A stretch of DNA of 64,000 nucleotides from Acidobacteriota bacterium. GTDB taxonomy: Bacteria > Acidobacteriota > Vicinamibacteria > Vicinamibacterales > UBA823. This document shows, piece after piece, positions 31,876-40,342 of this stretch. Numbering within the stretch: the stretch's first letter is position 1; every line of letters starts with the position of its first letter. The stretch covers positions 1,409 to 65,408 of the forward strand of contig PCAK01000007.1 of assembly GCA_002730525.1 (NCBI GenBank). The letters run 5' to 3'. Both the position numbers and the translations under genes were made by a program. The notes below the pieces were generated by a model. The model saw nothing but the letters and a program-made list of their open reading frames with translations, was not told the DNA's origin and ran no database searches.

Positions 31876-34239
31876 ATGTCGTCAACGCCCAGCGCCACTC
31901 GCGGGCGCGACCGGTGGCTTCCTCGAATGGGCTGCCTCGTTCGGATCGCGGCGCTCGTCTGCGGCGGCTGTGTCCTCTCCGCTCAGTTCGCACACGCCCA
32001 GCTGACGTTCGTCCAACGTCCGACGGCCGAGGAGGACGTCAACACCCGGACGATCCTCGGCCCGCCGCCGCCGGTGCCACCGGCGATGGTCGCTCGCGAT
32101 GACGAGGGGCGGACCACGATGCGCGCGGTGCGCCTGGACGAAGACGCGCCGCTCCAGATCGACGGGCGTCTCGACGAGAGCATCTACACCGAAGTTGCCG
32201 GTGTCGGCGGCTTCGTCCAGCAGGAGCCAGACGAGGGCGCCCCGCCTACGCAGCCGACCGAGATCTGGGTCTTCTTCGACGACACGACGTTCTACCTGTC
32301 GGTTCGGAACTGGGACAGCGAGCCGGAGCGGATCGTGGCCAGGGAGATGCGCCGCGGCAACGTCGGCGTCGCCAGCGACGATTCGATCACGCTGACGCTC
32401 GACACGTTCTACGACCGGCGCAACGGCTTCTACTTCGAGACCAACTCGTTGGGCGGCCTCTACGACGCGCTCGTAACCGACGAGCGGGCCGAGAATCCCG
32501 ACTGGGACACGGTGTGGGAGACGCAATCGGCGCGGTTCGACGGCGGATGGAGCCTCGAGATGGCCATCCCGTTCAAGTCGCTCCGCTACCCGGAAGGCGG
32601 GCCGCAGATCTGGGGGATCAACGTCCGCCGGAAGCTGCTGCGTTACGAGGAACTCTCGTACCTGAGCCCGATTCCGGCGTCGTACGGCCGCGTGGGCGTC
32701 TGGAAATTCTCGTCGGCCGCCACGCTGGTCGGCCTCGAGGCGCCGACCGAATCGATCAATCTCGAGGTGAAGCCGTTCGGCATCTCCACGCTCACGACCG
32801 ACCTCGCCGAGACGCCTCCGTTGACCGACGATCTCACGGGCGACGTCGGATTCGACGCGAAGTACGGCCTGACGAAGGGGTTGATCGCCGATTTCACCTA
32901 CAACACCGACTTCGCACAGGTCGAGGTCGACGAGGCGCAGGTGAACCTGACGCGGTTCAGCCTCTTCTTCCCGGAGAAGCGGCCGTTCTTCCTGGAAGGG
33001 CGGGACATCTTCGCGTTCGGCGGCGCGGGGCCGCGGTTCTCCGGTCTGCCATCGGGCGATACGCCGCTGCTCTTCTTCAGCCGGCGGATCGGCCTGAGCG
33101 AGGGGCAGGAGGTGCCGATCATCGCCGGCGGCCGGGTGACCGGTCGTGCCGGACCCTACACAATCGGTCTCCTGAACATTCAGACCGACGAGGATCCCAA
33201 GACGCTCGTCGAATCGACAAACTTCTCGGTGGTCCGGCTGAAGCGGGACTTCCTCGACCGCTCGACGATCGGCGTCATCGGGACCCACCGTTCGCAGGCG
33301 GTCGATAGCCCGGGAACAAACTCGGTCTGGGGCCTCGACACCCGCCTCGCGTTCTTCTCGAACTTCTTCATCGACGCCTACTACGCCCAGACGCGCACCG
33401 AGGGTCGCTCCGATGATGACACGAGCTACCGTGCGCGGGCCGAGAATACGGGTGACCGCTACGGGTTCGCGGCGGAACATCTGCGCGTCGGCAAGAACTT
33501 CAATCCGGAAATCGGCTTCATGCGGCGGCAAGATTTTCGAAGGAGTTTCGGGCAGGCCTACTTCAGCCCACGGCATCTTTCGAGCGATCTGGTCCGCAAG
33601 TACACGCTGCGGACCAGCCTCGACTACTACGAGGGCGATTCGACCGGCATTGTCGAAACGCGTGAGGTCAAAGCGGAGTTCAATATCCAGTTCGAGAACG
33701 GCGAGACCTGGCGCAACAGCTACTCGCAGAACTACGAGTTCTTGACCGAGCCGTTCGAGATCACCGACGGCATCGTCATCCCGGTGGGCGGCTACGACTT
33801 CCAGACGGTGCAATCGCGCTACATGCTCCGAACGCACCGGCCGCTCTCCGGAACACTCGCCGTCCAGACCGGCACGTTCTTCGGCGGCGAACGATCAGAA
33901 GCCAGCTTCAGCGGCCGCCTGAAGCTCTCGACGAAGCTGGGGATCGAGCCGAGCGTGGCAGTGAACGTCATCGACCTGCCCCAGGGCAGCTTCACGACGC
34001 AGATCGCCAGGGCACGCGTCATCTATACGATGTCGCCGCGGATGTTCGTCGAAGCGCTGACGCAGTACAGTTCGGCGTCGGACGCGGTGGGCACGAACGT
34101 CCGCTATCGGTGGGAATACACGCCCGGCAGCGACCTCTTCGTCGTCTACACGGAGGCTCGCGACACCCTGATCGACGGCTTCCCCGAGCTGATCAACCGG
34201 GGCTTCGCGATCAAGCTGACGAAGTTGATTCGGTTCTAG
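31876..34239 (+). CDS. DUF5916 / CBM9-like domain outer-membrane-associated protein
   Basis: 787 aa. ...IDGRLDESIYTEVAGVGGFVQQEPDEG...FYFETNSLGG...DWDTVWETQSARFDGGWSLEMAIPFKSLRY is the CBM9-like module. The long C-terminal region is beta-rich and ends in F. The start may instead be ATG 31927 (MGCLVRIAALVCGGCVLSAQFAHAQ signal). Confidence 0.7.
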   Translation: MSSTPSATRGRDRWLPRMGCLVRIAALVCGGCVLSAQFAHAQLTFVQRPTAEEDVNTRTILGPPPPVPPAMVARDDEGRTTMRAVRLDEDAPLQIDGRLDESIYTEVAGVGGFVQQEPDEGAPPTQPTEIWVFFDDTTFYLSVRNWDSEPERIVAREMRRGNVGVASDDSITLTLDTFYDRRNGFYFETNSLGGLYDALVTDERAENPDWDTVWETQSARFDGGWSLEMAIPFKSLRYPEGGPQIWGINVRRKLLRYEELSYLSPIPASYGRVGVWKFSSAATLVGLEAPTESINLEVKPFGISTLTTDLAETPPLTDDLTGDVGFDAKYGLTKGLIADFTYNTDFAQVEVDEAQVNLTRFSLFFPEKRPFFLEGRDIFAFGGAGPRFSGLPSGDTPLLFFSRRIGLSEGQEVPIIAGGRVTGRAGPYTIGLLNIQTDEDPKTLVESTNFSVVRLKRDFLDRSTIGVIGTHRSQAVDSPGTNSVWGLDTRLAFFSNFFIDAYYAQTRTEGRSDDDTSYRARAENTGDRYGFAAEHLRVGKNFNPEIGFMRRQDFRRSFGQAYFSPRHLSSDLVRKYTLRTSLDYYEGDSTGIVETREVKAEFNIQFENGETWRNSYSQNYEFLTEPFEITDGIVIPVGGYDFQTVQSRYMLRTHRPLSGTLAVQTGTFFGGERSEASFSGRLKLSTKLGIEPSVAVNVIDLPQGSFTTQIARARVIYTMSPRMFVEALTQYSSASDAVGTNVRYRWEYTPGSDLFVVYTEARDTLIDGFPELINRGFAIKLTKLIRF

Positions 34240-34279
34240 GATCCCTCGGCGCGAAGGTGGGCATTGCGCCCGGCCCCGG

Positions 34280-35401
34280 TCACCACTCTTCGGCGACGAG
34301 CTTGATCAGGTCGACCAGGACGACCACGTCCTCCAGATCGATCAACTCGACCGGCGAGTGCGAGTAGCGGAGCGGCCAGCCGAAGGGCATGTGGGGCACG
34401 CCCCAGTCACGGAACGGCGTGCCGTCGGTGCCGCCGTTGGTCGCGCCCACTTGGAGCGGCAGGGCGTGGCCCTCGGCCAGTTCGAGGAACGCGTCGAGGA
34501 CCGCGCGGGGCGTGACCGAGCTGCTGTCGACGCCGCGGGCTACCGGCCCGCTGCCGAGCGGCGCGTAGGCGAAATTCTGCCGATCGATCGGGGCGGCCGA
34601 CGAGACGAACGTATCGATGGCGTGCACGCGGGCCGGCGTGAAGCCGAGGGCGTCGGCGGCCACTCCTGCTCCAACGAGCCCGGCCTCCTCCTGCACCGAC
34701 CAGATGAAGATGACTTCGTGGTCGAGGGCATCGAGATCGAGTGCCTGTACCGCCAGCAGTTGCGCCGTCGAACCGGCGCGATCGTCGAATGACCGCGCCG
34801 TCGCCCGGGTCGCGCCGAGGCGGACGAACTCCTTCGGATTCGAGACCGTGTCACCCACACGGATCCCCAACGCCTCGGTCGCGGCGCGCGTCGCCGTGCC
34901 AGCACTCAGCCGGAAACCGTCGGGCGGTCGTCGGGTCGGCGGATCCGCCACCGTGTCGCGCGGCATGAAGATGGCCGGCACCGGCCCGGCACCGGTGTGT
35001 ATGAGCGCTGGTGTCGCCTCCCACAGATTTGGATAGAAGCCGCCGCGCGTCCGCAGTTGTGCCGTCCCGTCAGCCAGGATCTCCGTAATCTGAAAACCCA
35101 CCTCGTCCAGGTGGGCGATGAAGACGACGACCGGATCGCCCTGGCCAGCTCTGACCCAAAGATTGCCGACGTCGTCGATCTCGGGCTCGGCCCACTCGGG
35201 CAACTGACGCACGACGACGTCGCGGACCCGCTCTTCATCTCCCGACACGCCGTAGGTTTCGATCAACTCTTCGAGCACCTCCGCCACGCGTTCGACCCGG
35301 TCGGGCGTCACCTGCGCTGAGACACGACCGCCCGCCCAGAAAATGAGCAGCGTGAGCCAGGCCAGCGACAGGCGAACATGCCGCTTCGCGTTCATGCTCA
35401 T
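34280..35401 (-). CDS. M42-family (FrvX/TET-like) metallo-aminopeptidase with signal peptide
   Basis: ATG 35401 (MSMNAKRHVRLSLAWLTLLIFWAGGRVSAQ). All family metal-ligand motifs are recognisable: FIAHLDEVGF, SFDDRAGS, SVQEEAGLVGA, HAIDTF, YSHSPVE. The ATG overlaps the upstream stop (ATGA). Confidence 0.8.
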   Translation of the reverse strand: MSMNAKRHVRLSLAWLTLLIFWAGGRVSAQVTPDRVERVAEVLEELIETYGVSGDEERVRDVVVRQLPEWAEPEIDDVGNLWVRAGQGDPVVVFIAHLDEVGFQITEILADGTAQLRTRGGFYPNLWEATPALIHTGAGPVPAIFMPRDTVADPPTRRPPDGFRLSAGTATRAATEALGIRVGDTVSNPKEFVRLGATRATARSFDDRAGSTAQLLAVQALDLDALDHEVIFIWSVQEEAGLVGAGVAADALGFTPARVHAIDTFVSSAAPIDRQNFAYAPLGSGPVARGVDSSSVTPRAVLDAFLELAEGHALPLQVGATNGGTDGTPFRDWGVPHMPFGWPLRYSHSPVELIDLEDVVVLVDLIKLVAEEW

Positions 35402-36333
35402 GGCTGCGTCCCTGCCCAGGCGATGAGCCGATCGGACAGCGCGTCGGCATCGACGAGGTCCACGGTCTCGACCGGCGTCGCCTCGAAGCGCACCGGCAAC
35501 CGCGACCGCTCCACACCGCCGAAGTCCTCGCCGAGCGCACGGTCCGGAACCTCGTAGTCGATCAGCCACGTTGCCGAGAACGGCCCGTGCGTCCGAGCCA
35601 CCACCCGCAGCCCAGAGTGTCTGAGGTAGCTCTCGACGACGAATGCGATGACGACAGTGCCGAGCACCTCGCCCGAGGCGACCGTCGACGCGGCACGGGC
35701 GAGGGCGGCACAGCCTGCGCGGCGCCCCGCCTCAGGCCCGGCGAGAAGTGACTCGCCGTAGCGGTGGGCCCGCTTGGCGAGCGCGACCGCGTCGAGCACG
35801 CGGACGCCAAGCGCCGCGACATCGGCCGCCGAGTCCGCGCCGACATCGATGATCGCGTCGTCGACGTCGAACGGACGGTCGGGCTGCGACGCCCGTCCGC
35901 GGCCGAGGTGGGTCGAGGGAATCGACACGACGCCGGGCACCGGCCCGCCGTCGGTCCAGACCGCCACGCGGTGTCCTTCGAGACCCTGGTCGAAGAGTGG
36001 CCCGCCGCCGCCCACGCGACGCAGCGTGAGGAACCCGTCGTCCAGGATCCGACCGACGATGTAGCCGCGCTCGTCCATCGGGCAGACGGCCAGGCGCACC
36101 GGACTTCCCGATCCGATCACCGCCACGACGTTGCCGGCACGGTCGCGGTCGGCAAACGGCAGCCAGTCGACGAGCGTCTCCGCCATCCGCTGCTCGTAGC
36201 CGGTCACGGCCGTCATCGCAACGAAGCGATCCGCGAACTCGGGGGTCGTCTGGGCACTCACCGATGCCGCCACGACCAGGTAGGCCGCAACGGCGAGCGC
36301 CCGGCGGAAGAATGTTCGGTTGACGCTGACCAT
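35398..36333 (-). CDS. M42-like paralogue with degenerate metal-binding motifs (probable pseudo-peptidase), signal peptide
   Basis: ATG 36333 (MVSVNRTFFRRALAVAAYLVVAASVSAQ). Same fold signature (GYEQRMAETLVDWL..., FLTLRRVGGGG) but the motifs are changed: CPMDERGY for AHxDExGF, GRRAG for DDRAG, VVES for QEE, and EATPVE for HSPVE. Confidence 0.6.
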   Translation of the reverse strand: MVSVNRTFFRRALAVAAYLVVAASVSAQTTPEFADRFVAMTAVTGYEQRMAETLVDWLPFADRDRAGNVVAVIGSGSPVRLAVCPMDERGYIVGRILDDGFLTLRRVGGGGPLFDQGLEGHRVAVWTDGGPVPGVVSIPSTHLGRGRASQPDRPFDVDDAIIDVGADSAADVAALGVRVLDAVALAKRAHRYGESLLAGPEAGRRAGCAALARAASTVASGEVLGTVVIAFVVESYLRHSGLRVVARTHGPFSATWLIDYEVPDRALGEDFGGVERSRLPVRFEATPVETVDLVDADALSDRLIAWAGTQP

Positions 36334-36554
36334 GATCGGCTTCGGGACGCCAAGAATACCGGATCCGGAGGCGCCGGTCCGACAGTCGAGATCGCCAACG
36401 AACTGGTGCAGATGGAGAAAATTCGTGATCTGTACCATGTTCGTGGGGTAATTTGCTTGATCCTGAGTCCCGGGCACAGTACTTAAGGAACTCACTGGAT
36501 GACCGGCCCGCACACCAGAACGCTCGTCACGGCGTGATTCGCGACCACACATTC

Positions 36555-37634
36555 ATGACGACCAACGCCGCCGTCGAGAGGATCCGTCAGACCGTCCGCG
36601 CCCTCTCTGGCTACTACGACGTCAACCCAGACGCCGACGTCAAGCTCGATCAGAACGAGAACGCGTACGACTTCCCGGAGCCGTTGAAGCGGGAGACCTT
36701 CGAACACGCCGCCGCCGTACACTGGGAGCGCTACCACGAGGTGCGACCCGCCGCCCTGCTCGACGGGCTCGCGGCCCTGACCGGCTGGCCGGCCGATGGG
36801 CTCCTCGTGGGCAACGGCTCGAACGAACTGCTGCATGCGACGATCCTCGCTTCGGCCGCCGTGGGCGGGCGCGTCCTGACCGTGCAGCCGAGTTTTCCGC
36901 TATACGACCGGCTCTGCCGACTGCTCGGGGCTGAATTGGTCGGCGTTCCGCTGGACGCGCGGCTGGCATTCGACTCGGATCTCATCCGCCGGGAGATCGC
37001 TCGCACCGAACCGTCACTGGTCGTGATCTGCAACCCGAACAATCCGACGGGATCGGTGATCGCTCCTGATGGACTCGAGGCCATCCTCGACGATTACAAG
37101 GGCATCGTGCTCGTCGACGAAGCCTACTATGAGTTCTCGGATGGCAGCTTCCGTGCGTTCTTGGATCGGCACGACAACCTGCTGTTGCTGCGGACCTTCT
37201 CCAAGGCGATGAGCCTGGCCGGCATCCGCGTCGGCTACCTCCTCGGCGCGCCGACCCTGGTCGGGGAGATCTCGAAGGCCAAGCTGCCGTTCACCCTCAA
37301 CCCGCTATCATGTCAGGCAGCTCTGACCGCGCTGCGGCACCAGCCGGCCCTGCAGTCGCGGGTCGACACGATAGTGACCGAGCGCGAGCGGCTGATTGCC
37401 GCACTGGGGAAACGGACGGCCATCGACGTCTATCCGTCCGCGGCGAACTTCGTCTTCATTCGGGTGCCTGGTCATGGCGATCGAACGGTCGCGGGGCTGG
37501 CGGACCGGGGCGTCCTCGTCCGCAGGCTGCGCGGGCACCCGCTGCTGGCCGACTCGATGCGCGTGACCGTCGGCACCCCCGAACAGAACGATCGGTTTCT
37601 GGCCACGCTCGACGCGGCACTGGCAGACGGTTGA
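36555..37634 (+). CDS. hisC: Histidinol-phosphate aminotransferase (cytoplasmic form)
   Basis: ATG 36555 (MTTNAAVERIRQ...). KLDQNENAYDFP, NPNNPTGS and the TFSKAMSLAGIRVGY PLP-lysine motif are present. No signal peptide. Confidence 0.75.
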   Translation: MTTNAAVERIRQTVRALSGYYDVNPDADVKLDQNENAYDFPEPLKRETFEHAAAVHWERYHEVRPAALLDGLAALTGWPADGLLVGNGSNELLHATILASAAVGGRVLTVQPSFPLYDRLCRLLGAELVGVPLDARLAFDSDLIRREIARTEPSLVVICNPNNPTGSVIAPDGLEAILDDYKGIVLVDEAYYEFSDGSFRAFLDRHDNLLLLRTFSKAMSLAGIRVGYLLGAPTLVGEISKAKLPFTLNPLSCQAALTALRHQPALQSRVDTIVTERERLIAALGKRTAIDVYPSAANFVFIRVPGHGDRTVAGLADRGVLVRRLRGHPLLADSMRVTVGTPEQNDRFLATLDAALADG

Positions 37635-37673
37635 CGACGTGCGGGATCTGAAGAACGTGATCTGGAGTGACAG

Positions 37674-39335
37674 ATGGAGAACGTAATCGAAGCCGATGTG
37701 GCAGTCGTCGGCGGCGGCCTCGCCGGTCTCTTCGTGGCGATAGGCGCGGCGGAGCAGGGTGCTCGGGTCGTGGTGATGGAGAAGGCCAGGATCGAGCGTA
37801 GTGGCGCGATCGGCGGCGGCGTCGATCACTGCCTCGCCTACCTGAACGAAGGTGAACCGTGGGACACCCGCGACGGCTATCTCGCGTTTGTCAAGAAGGC
37901 GGCCGCAGGCGCTGTCGACATCGCCGTCCACGAGAAGATCTACTGCGACGAGCTCGCCGCGGCCATCAAGCGGATGGAAAGGATCGGATGCCCGATGCAC
38001 GACCCGGCGACCGGCACCTACTACCGAACGCGATCGTTCGGCGCGCCGGGCGCCTACTGGATCAACTTCGACGGCAAGAATCTCAAACCACTGGAGGCTC
38101 AGGAGGCCCGCCGCCTCGGCTGTGAGGTGCTCGACTACGTCTCGGCCACGAAGCTGTTCATCCAGAACAAACGGATTGCCGGTGTCAGCGGCTACAACAT
38201 CCGCACCGGAGAGTTCGTGGCCATCCGGTGCCCGGCGGTTGTCGTGGCCACCGGGGCCACCAATCGGCTGTACGAGACGCCGACCGGCATGCCGTTCAAC
38301 ACCTGGCTCTGTCCGTACGACACCGGCGCCGCCCAGGCGCTCGCGTTCGACGCCGGCGCGGAGCTGGCGAACATGGAATACGTGCGGATGACGATCGTCC
38401 CGAAAGGCTTCAGCGCGCCCGGGCTCAATGCCTTCACCGGCGAAGGCGCCACGTTCATCAACGCCCTGGGTGAACCGTTCATGACGAAGTACCACAAGCT
38501 CGGCGACAGGGCGCCGCGCAATGTCCTGGTCCACGCCTGCTTGACGGAAGGCGCGGAAGGCCGGGGGCCGCTCTTCCTCGACTGCACGAAGCTCCCCGCC
38601 GACAACCTGCACCAGCTGAAGACGACGATCGGCACCGACAAGGACACGCTGCCCGACTACTTCGAGCAGAAGGGGATCGACATTGCGGAGGAGCCGTTCG
38701 AGGTGGAAGTCTCAGAAGGGATGCAGACCGGGCCGCTGGAGGTCGTGGGCTCCGGCGTGAAGATCAACAGCCAGTGCATGTCGACCGTCGAGGGTCTGTT
38801 CGCAGCGGGCGACTGCGCCGATCAGATGAAGGTCGTGCACCTGGCGCTGACCGGAGGCTACGCCGCTGGGCGGGCGGCCGCACAGTACGCCAAGCGAAGC
38901 CCCGGGGATGTTCTGGCCGCCGCCGAGGTCGCGGCCGAGCGCTCACGCGTTCTCGCGCCTCTCGACCGACGGTCCGGCGTCCATTACCGCGACATCGAGG
39001 ATGTGCTGCGGCGGATCATGAAACAGTACGTGGGGCCGATGCGTACCGAGATCGGGCTGAAGACTGCCGCGCGGAAGATCGAACGGCTCAAAGGCGAACT
39101 CTCGAACCTGAAGGCCGCCAACCCGCACGAACTGGTCCGAGGGCTGGAGACCGAGACCCTCGTGACCGTCGGTGAGATCATGGCCAAGGCCGCGCAGGCC
39201 AGGCGCGAGAGCCGCTTCATCCCGTACCACTACCGACTCGACTATCCCGAGCAGAACGACGCCGAGTGGAACGGGCAGATCGTCGTTCAGAAATCGAATG
39301 AGAGCATCACGACCGAATTTAGGCCGTTCTCCTAG
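37674..39335 (+). CDS. FAD-dependent oxidoreductase of the SdhA/FrdA/AprA flavoprotein superfamily
   Basis: 553 aa. DVAVVGGGLAGLFVAIGAAEQG is a dinucleotide-binding motif. GLFAAGDCA occurs near the C-terminal third. It is followed by a small 2x[4Fe-4S] ferredoxin gene, as in AprAB-like pairs. Confidence 0.7.
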   Translation: MENVIEADVAVVGGGLAGLFVAIGAAEQGARVVVMEKARIERSGAIGGGVDHCLAYLNEGEPWDTRDGYLAFVKKAAAGAVDIAVHEKIYCDELAAAIKRMERIGCPMHDPATGTYYRTRSFGAPGAYWINFDGKNLKPLEAQEARRLGCEVLDYVSATKLFIQNKRIAGVSGYNIRTGEFVAIRCPAVVVATGATNRLYETPTGMPFNTWLCPYDTGAAQALAFDAGAELANMEYVRMTIVPKGFSAPGLNAFTGEGATFINALGEPFMTKYHKLGDRAPRNVLVHACLTEGAEGRGPLFLDCTKLPADNLHQLKTTIGTDKDTLPDYFEQKGIDIAEEPFEVEVSEGMQTGPLEVVGSGVKINSQCMSTVEGLFAAGDCADQMKVVHLALTGGYAAGRAAAQYAKRSPGDVLAAAEVAAERSRVLAPLDRRSGVHYRDIEDVLRRIMKQYVGPMRTEIGLKTAARKIERLKGELSNLKAANPHELVRGLETETLVTVGEIMAKAAQARRESRFIPYHYRLDYPEQNDAEWNGQIVVQKSNESITTEFRPFS

Positions 39336-39350
39336 AGCTAGCGCGAGGGT

Positions 39351-39578
39351 GTGAACGATATGGCGGATCAGTTGACCGACGGACCGCAGATTGGCGACAC
39401 GTGCGTCGGATGTGTCGTCTGCGTCGACCTATGTCCCGGCGACGTGCTGAGGATGGAGGGCGACAAGGCGGTCGTCGAGTACGCCGACGAGTGCTGGTGG
39501 TGCGGCGTCTGTCGGGTGGAATGCCCGGTGGAAGGCTGCGTGCAGTTCAAGTTCCCGGTCGCGATGATGAAAGGCTGA
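39351..39578 (+). CDS. 2x[4Fe-4S] ferredoxin (AprB-like partner)
   Basis: CVGCVVCVDLCP and CWWCGVCRVECP are the cluster motifs. The track start is GTG 39351; ATG 39360 (MADQL) is equally possible. Confidence 0.7.
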   Translation: MNDMADQLTDGPQIGDTCVGCVVCVDLCPGDVLRMEGDKAVVEYADECWWCGVCRVECPVEGCVQFKFPVAMMKG

Positions 39579-39608
39579 GCGACAGGCAACACCCGCAGGC
39601 CGACCCAG

Positions 39609-39650
39609 CCGGGCTGAAGCCCGGAGGGCGCAGGCGGGGCCTCACCCCGC
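39609..39650. terminator. Two GC-rich hairpins between convergent genes (REP-like / bidirectional terminator candidates)
   Basis: ccgggc-tgaa-gcccgg at 39609..39624 and gcgggg-cctca-ccccgc at 39634..39650. The second overlaps the stop of the minus-strand gene. No T-tracts. Confidence 0.35.
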
Positions 39651-40205
39651 TCGGCCAGCCAGCGCGGCGGCGCGGGCGATGCGGCGCGCCCGGAACTGAT
39701 CGGTCGACGTGCTTTCGACCTCGCGGCGCGCCGCCATCTGCGCCTGCCGGCGGCGGCGCTCCAACTCACGGTACTTCGGCTCGCGCGGCCTGGCCGAGCG
39801 CGGGCGCAAGGTGTCGAGCAGGTCGTTCGACATCGACCTGCCCCGAACGACCGCCTGGGCACGCCGCTGCTTCGCCATCCGCTTCCGCTGCATCTGGTCG
39901 TGATAGCACCGGAAGCAGAGCGTGTGGAACAGCTCGGTGCCACCGGGGCGCCGACTGTCCACCATCACCTGACGGATCTGGCAGATGGCGCAGGTCGCCG
40001 CGCCGTCAGCGATGGCAGTTTCCTCCGGTCTGGTCCCGGCCGGAGTCGGGACCGGGTCGGGGAACCCGAGGGTCCCGTCCGCCGGGTACTCCAAATCGAG
40101 CTGGCGTGCCGAGGTGTCGGTTTGGTATCTCATCTCCAACCCCGCAGTGCACTTCTGAGAAATAATGCGAGCAAAATCGGGGCCAGCTTCGGCGTTGAGG
40201 CTCAT
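39642..40205 (-). CDS. Hypothetical protein with a Cys4 zinc-ribbon and an Arg-rich C-terminal tail
   Basis: ATG 40205 is preceded by GAAGGAGGG at ideal spacing: MSLNAEAGPDF...ATCAICQIRQV...LCFRCYHDQMQRKRMAKQRR.... No family recognised. The track ORF opens at GTG 40241. Confidence 0.55.
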   Translation of the reverse strand: MSLNAEAGPDFARIISQKCTAGLEMRYQTDTSARQLDLEYPADGTLGFPDPVPTPAGTRPEETAIADGAATCAICQIRQVMVDSRRPGGTELFHTLCFRCYHDQMQRKRMAKQRRAQAVVRGRSMSNDLLDTLRPRSARPREPKYRELERRRRQAQMAARREVESTSTDQFRARRIARAAALAGRAG

Positions 40206-40276
40206 GGTCCGCCCTCCTTCATTAAGATGCAGTGTAGCCACGGAGGGTGACAGGGTAGGTCACGCCTTTTCTTCGC

Positions 40277-40306
40277 CCCTGGAAACTGACTACAATTGGG
40301 GATTAT
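40277..40306 (+). promoter_or_regulatory. Candidate heat-shock (RpoH-like) promoter upstream of htpG
   Basis: CCCTGGAA at 40277..40284 compared with the sigma-32 -35 consensus CCCTTGAA. After a 13-nt spacer comes GGGGATTAT at 40298..40306, which matches CCCCATNT only in the AT part. A TACAAT hexamer at 40291..40296 is an alternative -10. Pattern match only. Confidence 0.25.
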
Positions 40307-40342
40307 TCAGGCCATTTGAGGCCAATTCGGAGGACGCGACCC

